Part shown: piece by piece, positions 54,501 through 64,000 of the stretch | Position numbering within the stretch: position 1 is the first letter of the stretch | Layout of the letters: each line of letters begins with the position of its first letter | Source: Paraspadella gotoi | Taxonomy: Eukaryota > Animalia > Chaetognatha | DNA: 64,000 nt | Reading direction: 5' to 3' | Assembly: GCA_051294375.1 (NCBI GenBank) | Contig: CM119269.1 | Span: 832,272-896,271 of the forward strand | Position numbers and translations under genes: made by a program | The notes under the pieces: generated by a model | Told to the model about the DNA's origin: nothing | The model's database searches: none | What the model saw: the letters and a program-made list of their open reading frames with translations, nothing else

Positions 54501-57500
54501 GTCAGCGTTTTGCGGTAAGGGTCTCGACTCAGAGATATTAGAAGTTGACCTTTGCTTTCGTTTGCTCCTTCCTCTTCGTCCCAGTGTTTCATTTCTCGCC
54601 AAAGTTCGATACCTCCTTAAGTTTTCATTCGAGGTTAATAAATGATTTTACCCTTACCAAAATTTATTTTGAAAAAAAAATTGTGGTCGTATTAATTACA
54701 ATTTGATATTGTTGTAACTATTTCAAGTTAGTCTCCCCGACAATTATATCGCCGAAGGAACAATATCCAATACGTGAACAGCTGATTTGAAATTTTCAAT
54801 AAGTTATAATTTTGTTGAAGAAGAAACATATTTTACGTGGTAAAATAAATTTTAAGATTGTAATAATTATATTTTAATATTATTAACGTTTAGCATATTC
54901 GTGAATATTTTAGAAGGTATAGTATTCTGTCTTCTATATTAATTTATTGATCAAACCTGGATTGAAAATTTTATCAGCCAAATCTGCCTTTAATTCGGCG
55001 TTGTCAAAAGGGCGAAATGTGTAATGACCAACTTCGGCTTTGCGCGAGAACAGATCACAATGAAAGAGGACAATTCTAACCTATGACAATAATTACATTC
55101 AGTTTGACAAGTAAGAAAAAAAAATTATATAAGGTTAATGATTTTTCACCTTCAGAACCTTGAGAATGTCATTTTCATTGCTTTTTTCTTGATTGAAAGA
55201 TCTCATTTGAGATTGGATCTGTTTTTGAAACATGAAATGCATTTAATGAGGAATAATAAGTCAAAAATGATTAAATGATAGAAAATCGCTATATATTCAA
55301 TTGGTAGTTATTGAATGAAAAAATACCTGTTGTAATGGAAAAGAAAATACTTCATTTATTTCCGGATTGGCGCTGTGGTGCAATCTCGTGAAATACTTGG
55401 TCTTCTTTGGGTCGGGCTGAACGGATATGCGAAGGCAGGAATTGATGTTACCTTTGGTCGTCCGAGATCGTAAACTTGGGTAAAAATAAATTTATATTTT
55501 AATATTTTTTAAAATCGATGTAAAATTTTTTTAATGTTTTATTTTTCCGCCGATCATAATTTATTTTAATTACTCTTCATAAATAATTCAAAACTATTTA
55601 AAATTTAATATTTCTTTCGACTGTTGTTAAACAGTCAGGGTAACTGGTAAATAATAATTCTTTAACCTTTTTGTTACTTTAATTATAAAAGAAAAACATT
55701 TATTAGAATTTAAATTTTCAAGATCATTGACAGATGTACAATTTGATACACTGAAACCCGCCGCTAGAAAAAAAATCGCCATTAGCAAACCTATAAACAT
55801 ATAAAGATTTTTTTAATCTTTAACTTTAATTTTAAAAAGATTAATCACAATAACTATACTCTCATTAAATTAAAGCTGGTTAAACTGGTTTTTATGTTAC
55901 AGTTTCTTAGAAATGTCATTCTTTTATATTTCTAAAAGCTTTCTGGTACTTATTAATGTATAAAATTTTTTAAAAAAATTACCAAAATATTTTTAATAGA
56001 TTTTTTGTGTTCTAAATGCTAAATTTTAATTTTATAAAATTTTATTATTTTATTAATATGAAATTTGGATATAAAATAATTTTAATTTTTACGACTAAAA
56101 AAATTAAAAACATTTTTTCATAAGTTTGCCAATAGCTATTTTTATCTAGCGGCGGGCTTCAGTGTGTCACCTTGCAGCGGTTTTAAAAATTACCCCCAAG
56201 TTACCCACCCAATTGCTCGTTTAACGTTAACCCGGATTTGCGAAAGATCACGATCAATTTCGACGCCGAAGCAAATTCGGCCGGGATTCGGCGGCTTTTC
56301 ATCATCAAGTTGCGCGGAGCCGGAATCTCCGTCGCTCTCCGAAGTGTACATGCTTACGCGTAGACCGTGCATCTCCTCCTCCGAGTAGGATTGACCAGTT
56401 GGTGAATCAGCTCCTTTAGAAATTGGAAAAATTTGAAAGGGTACTGGTTTGAAGTTTTTGTTGATTAATTGATTTGATATGAATAAGTACTAAGTAGTAG
56501 TTACAACACCTGCTCTTTGAATGAATTGATTGTTTTAGACTTAAAAATTTTATCCAAAGTCGTCACTCAAATTTTTTTGAAAGAAATATTTAAAAAAAAC
56601 ATATTGCGATTCAGTACCTTTGGGGAAATCGTAAAAGAAATCATGGGATCTTCTTGTTGTGGTTAATTTTGGAGATAAGCTTGGTGAACTTGGAGCGCTA
56701 TGATGTCGACAGGCGGAGGCAGCTCCCCCTAACTTTTGACCAAAAGAATGTTCAATCACTGACTGTGAATCTGGCGTTAACGTGATTCTGTCTTCGACTC
56801 TGAACACATTTTACTTGATAAACAGACGGTACCATGAATTTCAGATCTGAGTGCGTCACACCGTGAGAAATCCTTGCAGTGTTTCTTCCTTTGACTGAAA
56901 ATTTGACGTTGAAAAGGTTTACTAAGTTACAATCATTATCTTTATATTTTAATTGTGTATTCAATCATCTTACTTGAATCTTTGAGCCTATGTTGATTTA
57001 GTTTCTTCAAGTCGGAAGACTTGAGAAACTTCTCGTCTTCTGGCGAAATGTTAAGGAGATCAGGCTTTTTAACGAATTTACATTTTTTAGTGATATAATA
57101 GTAAATAATAATTACGGCGGTAATCACTATTATCGTTATAGGTAAAACACATATCAAAACGATGACGACGTCATTTTCATTGTTTAGAGGTGCAGGAGTG
57201 GAGGTTGCATTTGGCATAGTTTTACTTTGATTCGTGTAGTTATAAGTAACTGAAAAACAATTTTTTTTTATAAAACATATTCAATCACAGGTAAAAAGTC
57301 AATGAGTAATCAGATTCACAGGTTTCTTTCTCTCACGGAAAATTAAACCGATTTGATTCCCGAAAAAGTGAAGAGGATCAGTTAAAACTTGGAATCGTTA
57401 AAATTAGTTGCAAGCCCTTTCCCTGAACTTATTTCATTAATAAGTAAAAGTTATTTTGTAAATGTGTTATTTTATAACGTTTTTTCAAGTAAAATAAATA

Positions 57501-60500
57501 CAAAAAAAATACAATTGTGGTGGTGAAAAATAATGGAATGAATATACGAAAGAGAAGTTTTTGTTTTATTGGTTGTATGGCTGATATGGTTGAAGAAACT
57601 TTTATTGGTACGTCGGTTCCATTTTCCGTTGGGAGAGGAGGATTTTGGGTTGTGAGATGTAACTCCCCATTATTCAATCGTATCAAACACAAAGACGAAA
57701 GTGTTGGTTTAAATGCGAATGTGTTGACGATTCCACGAATCCCGAGATACCTTGCAAAAGATATGAAATTCATCAGTTCAAATAGCTCTTATTATTAGCA
57801 CTGTACTAATCATTTACCATGTTTGTAATCCTTGCACGAATGGTATTTCTATTGACTGCTTGAATGTTAATGTTTTATGTGTTAGTGAATTTAATCCACA
57901 ATTAAGGTTGTACAAAATATTGCAAATATTCACTTGTCTATGAAAATAATAATCCGCTAAGCCATTGTAAATATTCCAGTCATATTTTCCCAACATAATA
58001 GTGAACTGGAAAAACTTATTTAATATTTATTGTTTATTTTTAGTTATAAAAAAGATAATTAAACTCACGTCTATTAATGTTTGGTTTTGTTTTAACATTT
58101 CATAAACATTAAAAGCAAATATTTTCCATTTTAAATCCAGAAGAGTTGAACTTTCGTGTACTAAAATTAATGATTGTATTATTTATCATATTACGGATTT
58201 TTTTATAACTTATCTTTACCAATTTTTTTATTATTTTGTGAGATGGCTATTTCACTGATGATGAGAGATAATATATCAATATCCACGCCAAATCCACAGC
58301 CTTAGGGTTAAACAAACTTCCTCTTATTTATTAATTATTTTATTATAATATTTTTTGATATTTTTATACTTATTTAACACTGTACAGTAGGATAACTCTC
58401 GTTTTTACCTATTGGTGGAAAGCTTCTTGGACTTCGGTTTCCAACTTCATCCCTCGCACTTATCGCAAATAAGAAGGTTTCAATTAACGCAGGACTTCTT
58501 TGTTCTAGCTTTTTATTTATTTTATAGAGTTAATTTTTAACTTTTTACTATGTGCGAAAGGCTTATAATATTATTTTACCTCGATTTCTATGATTTGAAT
58601 TCTCCCCGCTGGTAAAACTTTCTTTGTATCGATTATAAAAGTGGTATTATCTGGCCAGTTACCAAATGGATTTTTCACGTTTCTGCCCATTAATATCTGA
58701 GAATAACTCAATTAATTACATTTACAAAGCATTCGTTAGCGTTTAAAAAGTTAAATTATTGTGATTACTGTTTTAAAAGAATCGCAAGACTGACCTGGTA
58801 CTCGGCGACTTCAAGAGCATCAGAATAAAAATCGTCTCCAACCGCCGTCCATCTGAAAACCACTCGACGACGACGATGATCCACACCTATTACCTCGAAG
58901 TCTCGGACTTGCGATGGCGCCTCTAGGTCACCGTCAGCTCGAGATGCTCGCCCGTCCGAGGAAGGGATTAAGTCGAACGCTGAAGTATTTCAATTAGTTT
59001 GGCCAACCAATCAGTGAATAGTGTATAGAAACGGATCATGTACAACTGCAAAACGTAAAGGTCTAACCTCCTTCCCCAATCCTTCGGAATATGGCACTAG
59101 GCATGCGAAGTAAGTGCGGTTTCTCAGCACTGACATTTACATCCGTCTCTAAAATCCAGCCCTTGCCTAAAATCAACTTCGGTTCAATCGTTCAGTGCAA
59201 ACTTGTCGATGCATCGCAATCACCTTCAATCGTAAAAGCGTACGAGTATCTCCCCGCGCCCGAGTAATCAGAGAAAGTCGCAGAGTAAACTCCGTCATTG
59301 GCCACCTGGTCGTCAAGCCTCCCGTCGTCCCGAAGACTAAGCGGCCATGGATCGAGGTTGCCCGGTCGGAGGACGAGGGCTTTCACGAGGAGGCCGAGAA
59401 GCGGGTAGCCTCCTTGGTTCAAGTCCACGGCGAAATTTATCGGTTGAGGGAAGGTCGTTTGGTAACGCGGAGAGACGAATCTCTGAATCTGGAAGATTCA
59501 ACGGATAGGAAAAGAATGGCTGCGTAAAACAAAAAAAGCCGATATTGCTGAGGTTATCCAGACTGTGGGAAACTGGAAGGAATTTATGTTTTTAGTTCCG
59601 CCGCGAGTACTCGCGGAGTAACTCTATGAGATGTCTGGTATGTCTGTCTGTCTATAATCTGTCCTACTTATGTGCTTAAGTTTTATATGCTAATATCACT
59701 GTTAATCCTTTATCACACGTCAAAAAAAATTAATTACTAAATAAGAAAATCCATTTGTGTAATTTTGGTAATTTTAGTTAATACTTTTCAAATAAGTGAA
59801 CAACTTTAAGATGCTTGTTATACCTATATTTTATACTTGTTTAGTCACGTAATCATATGGAAATACGTCTTGGAAAAAAGTCACTACGGCGCAACCCCTT
59901 TAACTTACCGGTTCTTGTTTTTTTAGAAAAGGAATTATATTTTATTGCTATTACCTTGATCTGTGAGTTGGAATCGTACTTCGCATTTATGTCATCCATA
60001 AAATTTATAGCCAATATAAAACTTATAAGTGTACTCTGTTTCATGTTGATTGAAAAAGATTTTGGTATCCTGAGCTTTTATCATCACACGTGCAAATCGA
60101 TTTGAATTTTACTTGTTTTTAGTTGCTACAGCTGTATCGAAGTGCGTCACGCAAATGAGGGTGATAAGGTTCAAGATTTTATCTTTGATTCTAAATCATT
60201 TTTGGATTTCTGGCCGAGACTTCTTTGATAAACTTTTTCCTTATTGATTTATTTCTGATAATATTTAGATAAAATATATGTTGTTTTCGTATTTAATAAT
60301 GAATATAATAAAACTATCAATTTTAGATTGCTCCACTCAACTCCCGGGACAACGGGAGTTCTTCGAATGGCGCCAGCAACGGGATCACAGAATTATTCGT
60401 CGACCCATCCGAATATCGGGATGGGCATGACCCTCAATTCGAATCATCTCCAGCCCATGTCTCACACATTTACCGAAGCCCTCACTGCCAAGGTAACAAT

Positions 60501-61221
60501 AGCTTTTGTTTATGAAATTTCAATTTAACAAAGGACCATCGTTATTTTGCCTAATTGATACTAAATTTAGTTTTCATTGCATGCCTTTTAGTCATATTTA
60601 TGATCACGTTTATCACGTTTCATTTATTTGGCCGCAAGAGAAACCCTGCGGCGACTGAGGTGCCGATGAAAAGCTCGGAAATCACGTTTTTCCCGGCGCC
60701 GTATTCGCTGGACGAAGGCAAAGGCGATGCGGCTGTAGGTAAAGCGGAGACCCGTGATCTCCCTCGCCGAGTCCGACTTGCTCAAGTGGGGCGCATTGCT
60801 GCCAAGCCGGTGCCAAACGGCAAGACGGAACAAAAAAGTGATTCACTCCTTGCATTTTTTTAGACAATTTACAAATCTTTGAGGGATAAATTATAAGACT
60901 TAACCTGAAATGCTAAACGAGAAAGAAAACGTTCATTTTTGAATCGTTCTCTTTTTGACAGCTTCTCTGAGATTTGTCTATGACGACAAAGATTCTTACC
61001 AGGCATCCATATCCCTTCCGCCAGGTTAAATCAGTCTCAAGTGTGTTTTCCTCTCAGGAATCCAACTAATTTAACCTTTTTGCCTCCCAGTGCATTCTTA
61101 TGATCAACAGCGCCTGTCGCAAAGTTTTTTACCAGCTCGCGAAAGACTTGCCAGCGCCAGCGATTGCTTTGTCATTTCCGGTTTGAAAGTTCGATTCGGT
61201 GTCAAAGAATCCGGCAAATGA
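42549..61221 (+). CDS. TTLL6: Tubulin polyglutamylase TTLL6/TTLL13-like
   Basis: Acidic N-terminal exons, then TTL domain WNLYWTD, KINHFPGMSEICRKDLLARN, YICKPEMGCQGKGI, KFDLRVY, MHLTNYAINK, CFEILGFDVLLD, WLLEVNHSPSF; downstream exons at about 48019, 48263, 50528-50688, 53328-53455, 60327-60492, 60639-60837, 60962-61024, 61091-61221 stay in phase to TGA. The N-terminal exons and last three exons are less certain. Confidence 0.92.
42857..43007 (-). mobile_element. tRNA-derived (Gly-like) SINE in a TTLL intron
   Basis: Minus strand GCGGCCA...TGGTCGC pairs as an acceptor stem, CCGGG-GTTCTAG-CCCGG forms a T arm with B box, CTCCCA loop; anticodon stem is broken and a GC-rich tail follows. Confidence 0.6.
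43988..44616. mobile_element. hAT-type MITE, 629 bp, with an internal ~100-bp inverted repeat pair (about 44092-44502)
   Basis: Termini TAGGGTGGAG ... CTCCACTCTA (one mismatch) and perfect 8-bp target duplication CTGAATAG at 43980-43987 and 44617-44624. Confidence 0.8.
51429..52367 (+). CDS. Candidate alternative terminal exon of the TTLL gene (312 codons, no recognised domain)
   Basis: Acceptor TATCCCAG at 51421-51428, phase 0 like the donor at 50688; open for 939 nt with coding-like GC content. Confidence 0.6.
   Translation, partial: THTGRSLSPPSLPQPLTLPRLSLMIPPLLPYPFLGPKTNFKTGWASTARFRLDRRRLDPPSPRSLAVRDLTDVIALMRRSSEGVAAEIDREREVGRSVVDDVNNLDTFRQSFKSSQSNKNRSRYGLTKVREKLERLEAFLEATVGCENDLNTSAVTNPRVFEHKTGKTLASVSEARFLPPRFFNFLMAEIPSLPEEKQGKERQDENCRYDERDDDLDDIGDDVGEDEIRSYRGLSLAELDPLFPGIESTRSEYVGFEERRQKGRRQARMRPSAIFESKGNLTFAGAMITGRMNLCPKKVEKPYLIWLRHGTI
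53853..57217 (-). CDS. Synaptotagmin-15-like tandem-C2 membrane protein, nested antisense in a TTLL intron
   Basis: N-terminal TM helix (VVIVLICVLPITIIVITAVIIIYYYI), C2A (GRICFGVE, SANPEINEVFSF), C2B (KGQLLISL, FVKLSL..KTKRTTAKKKNQNPVFNESFSF) and VGPVMYASGSGLEHWTDMLQSPKSGVAQWHHLF*; one unresolved frame change near 56810. Confidence 0.85.
55749..56164. mobile_element. MITE with CACTG...CAGTG ends and ~45-bp terminal inverted repeats, in a synaptotagmin intron
   Basis: CACTGAAACCCGCCGCTAGAAAAAAAATCGCCATTAGCAAAC versus right-end reverse complement CACTGAAGCCCGCCGCTAGATAAAAATAGCTATTGGCAAAC; flanks TA and TG. Confidence 0.85.
57429..60044 (-). CDS. CLCA-derived membrane protein made of the C-terminal CLCA domains only, nested antisense in a TTLL intron; one in-frame TGA
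   Basis: Signal-like exon 60044-59955, then FPQPINFAVDLNQGGYPLL...LRDDGRLDDQVANDGVYSATFSDYSGAGRYS, FnIII-like APSQVRDFEV...FRWTAVGDD and FLFAISARDEVGNRS, unknown segment, C-terminal TM. 3' splicing is partly inferred. Confidence 0.72.
59589..59840. mobile_element. HINE/DINE-1-like element in CLCA-like intron 1, inverted relative to 12465-13108
   Basis: T run, perfect palindrome CCGCGAGTACTCGCGG (59601-59616), (GTCT)n units, terminal ATACTTGT. Confidence 0.62.
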
Positions 61222-61563
61222 ATGCTGCTTAACACGGACTTTTTAGTGTCACCATTCGGAATTTTAATATCAACGCTATATTATTATAATTTTTTAGAAA
61301 ATTCTTATCGCGTTTTATCATGTTATCGATCTTCGTCTACGCGTACCGTTTCGAATTCGCACCGAGTTGGATGAACTTTACTCGCTTGAAACCGAACAGT
61401 TTTTAGGACTGAAATTGACTCAAGTTCCGCCTTCGAAGTACCGTCCGTCGCCGGCGTTATTTAAAAAAAAAATTCTTCCCCAATGCCTTTCCTTTCTTTC
61501 GCGGCTCTGTCGCTCCCTTTCCCTTCCCCTTGTACACTCCACCATTAGATTCGCGGGTGCGGG

Positions 61564-63456
61564 ATGCCGGCTGGGGCCTCTTGCGCTGGCACCTTGACTG
61601 GGGCCACTGACTCAAACTCGGCTACGGCCCGCGGTTTTGGCCCTGGAATGGCCATCAGGCGCAACGGGCTACTTAACCCCGTAGAACGACAGTCAGGCAT
61701 CCAGCAGGTAAACGCAAAGGGAGCATGTTTTTGCCCGTATCCCGCTAAAATTCAATTAATACGAACAATTACTAAATAATTTGATCTAATCGTTGATCAC
61801 TAACTCGTCTAAAGCATGGAGCTTTTAAATCACGTTGGGTTTAGACAAATTGTCCCACCGATGTACGATTTATCATTTAATCATTTGTTTTTTCTTGATT
61901 AAGATTAAAACAATTTTATCCCTTGGCTTTGGAAGGCGTTTCAAAGTCCGTATGCCACCCGCGTGTACAGGTCGAAAAAAACTCAGTCCCGACCCATCGT
62001 GAATTTCTCTAGACCGCCAATGAGATGAGCTCAAGTATGTTGAATAATGTTTTGTGCGTTTTATATGGCATGTCGCTTTTTTTTTGTAAAATATCATGGC
62101 CCGAATTTGTTATTTTTTATTGTAAAGAGAGTTCATTTCGGCATAATAATAATTATTAAACCGTAGTTTCGATATGAGTTGTTTTTTAATAAATATAAAT
62201 GCTTGTTTACTGATAAATAATTTTTTCTCAAGGCGAGCAAAAACAACTTATATTATTGCTTATTTATTTCATTGAAAGAAAATGTGAAAGATTTTTACTC
62301 ACTTTTTCGAATCATTTTAGTACACTGAGAAAATGGAATTGAATGATAGGCTAATTTTCTTTAAAAAAATACAACTTTCCCCCCCATTTAGCTTGATATT
62401 CGTTTCGACTCTACTCTGTGTCTCAAATCGAATCATTCAGGTAAATTTTTCATTTGATTTTTTAACATGTAAAAGTGTAGCGTTAAGGTTTACTTTTTAT
62501 TAATTAACATACTGAAAATATTGAATAAAATCAAATATTTAAAGTTATTTGAAATTATTCTTTTTTTTTTTCAGCGACTTCATCCCTCGATTTATCTCAG
62601 TCGCAATTGTTGTCGCCGGGCTCCAATCTTTCCTCTCTGCGCAACCTTAGTTCCAACCTTAGTTCCAACCTTTTTCCTCTCGGTTCTCCGTCGTTTCTCT
62701 CTTCCCTCCCGCTACCCAACCGCGTCTTGGGCTCGCGCTTACCTCCGCGTCAGTCCGACCACAACGCAGTTTCCACTTTTTCTCCTCTGGCGCCACCATC
62801 GTCCTTACCTTCATCGTTGGTATCTCGTACGGACCAGCAACCTTTTACTCAATCGCCCCCACCTGAAATCTCTGTCTCGGAATCTCCACTCCGCTTCCCA
62901 CCTTCCGTCGTCTTTCAGCCAGTTCCTCCCCCACTTGCCTCCCACCCTCCTCATTCCCATCGCCCTCTACCGGCCGTCGATTCCACCTCTTCGTCGTCGC
63001 AAACAAACCTCGCTAATCCGACGGCAAATTGCGTGTCGTCGCCAACCAACCCCGAAGGCTCAGCGGAAAATCGCAGTGAGTCGCCATAAAATTTAAACAT
63101 TGGAGAGAGAAAATTTTATAAAAACTATTAAAAATGTTATTCATGTTCAAGAGTGAGATTTAATAAGATACAGTCTGGACTAAAAATGGGAGTAACGACA
63201 TCTAATGTCACATTATCGACTTTATATATTGATATATTTATATATATATATATTTGATGATGTTTCAAAAATATTTCTTATTTGTGAAACTTACTCCTTT
63301 TATTTAACAGAGAGAGAGTCCGAGCTGCCGACTGCATTCTCTCAGTCCCAAAAGCGAGAGACAAGGGGTCAAGTGAATTTGGGAGAAAGAAAAATCTCCA
63401 AGACCTTAGACGGTCGTCTCATCAGAACGTTGCAGCATAAAAGTTTTCACAATCAG
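61564..63456 (+). CDS. 5' exons of an unidentified Ser/Pro-rich protein; continues beyond the window
   Basis: Exons 61564-61707, 62392-62440, 62575-63076, 63311-63456 have GT-AG ends and compatible phases with no stop; no domain recognised. Confidence 0.55.
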
Positions 63457-64000
63457 GTCTTTTATTTTTCTACTAATCTCTTCCGCTATTTTTCCTCTTT
63501 TTTTTCTATCGAAAACAAAATTCTTTTTCTTTCTTTCGGTTTTTTATATTTTGCTTGCTTGCTTTCTTTCTTTCTTTATTTTTCTCTTTTTTTCTTTTTT
63601 TCTTTTTCTTTGTTTTTTTTTCTTTTTCTTTCTTTCTTTCTTTCTTTTTCTTTCTTTCTTTGTTTCTTTCTTTCCTCATCTTTCCTTTTTTCATCTTTCT
63701 TTTTCTTTTTTAAATTTTTTCCCCCGTTTTTAAACAAAATTCGTTTCCCGATTTTTTTAAAAGATAATAATTTGTCCTCGGGGAAATCAAAATTGACGTC
63801 CGGTTAACGAGAAAACAATTTTCCTCCATTTCCTTTCCGCTCCCTGATTCCCGCCACACCTGATCCCCTTCAACGGCCGAACCTCACTCATTCCACGCGG
63901 CACGCCTTTCCCTCGCCAGCTGGTGCCGCCCGTCGGTCGCATCGGCGCTCGCGTCACGCCGCGCCCGTCCCTCTCATCGTCGTCGTCCTTGGCGCGATCT

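Noticed and set aside
59498-59500. Second in-frame TGA in the CLCA-like gene suggesting recoding
   Set aside because: It falls in the pyrimidine tract just upstream of the TTCCAG acceptor, so it is intronic.

Overview
Eukaryotic (invertebrate animal) genomic DNA with a compact, gene-dense layout, AT-rich introns of mostly 55-100 nt, and two assembly gaps (15065-15089, 37172-37181). Gene models were spliced by hand. In order: the 3' part of an ADAMTS7/12-like gene (+); a secreted agatoxin-like cystine-knot peptide precursor with 10 Cys that the ORF track misses (+); a ~4 kb block present twice around a 25-N gap, probably two haplotypes, one carrying a 2.4 kb hAT insertion; a ZNF532/592/687-family zinc-finger gene (+); a YTHDF m6A reader (-); then four tightly packed motile-cilium genes: CATIP (-), an intronless SAXO3-like gene, DRC3/LRRC48 and a TTLL6/13-like tubulin polyglutamylase (+). 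One 6.9 kb TTLL intron holds two antisense nested genes: a synaptotagmin-15-like gene and a CLCA derivative lacking the protease and vWA domains. The TTLL gene also has a candidate alternative terminal exon upstream of that intron. An unidentified Ser/Pro-rich gene starts near the right end. Several non-autonomous elements (hAT, CACTG MITE, Helentron/DINE-like, tRNA-SINE) are recognisable. Family assignments come from recalled motifs, not database searches.
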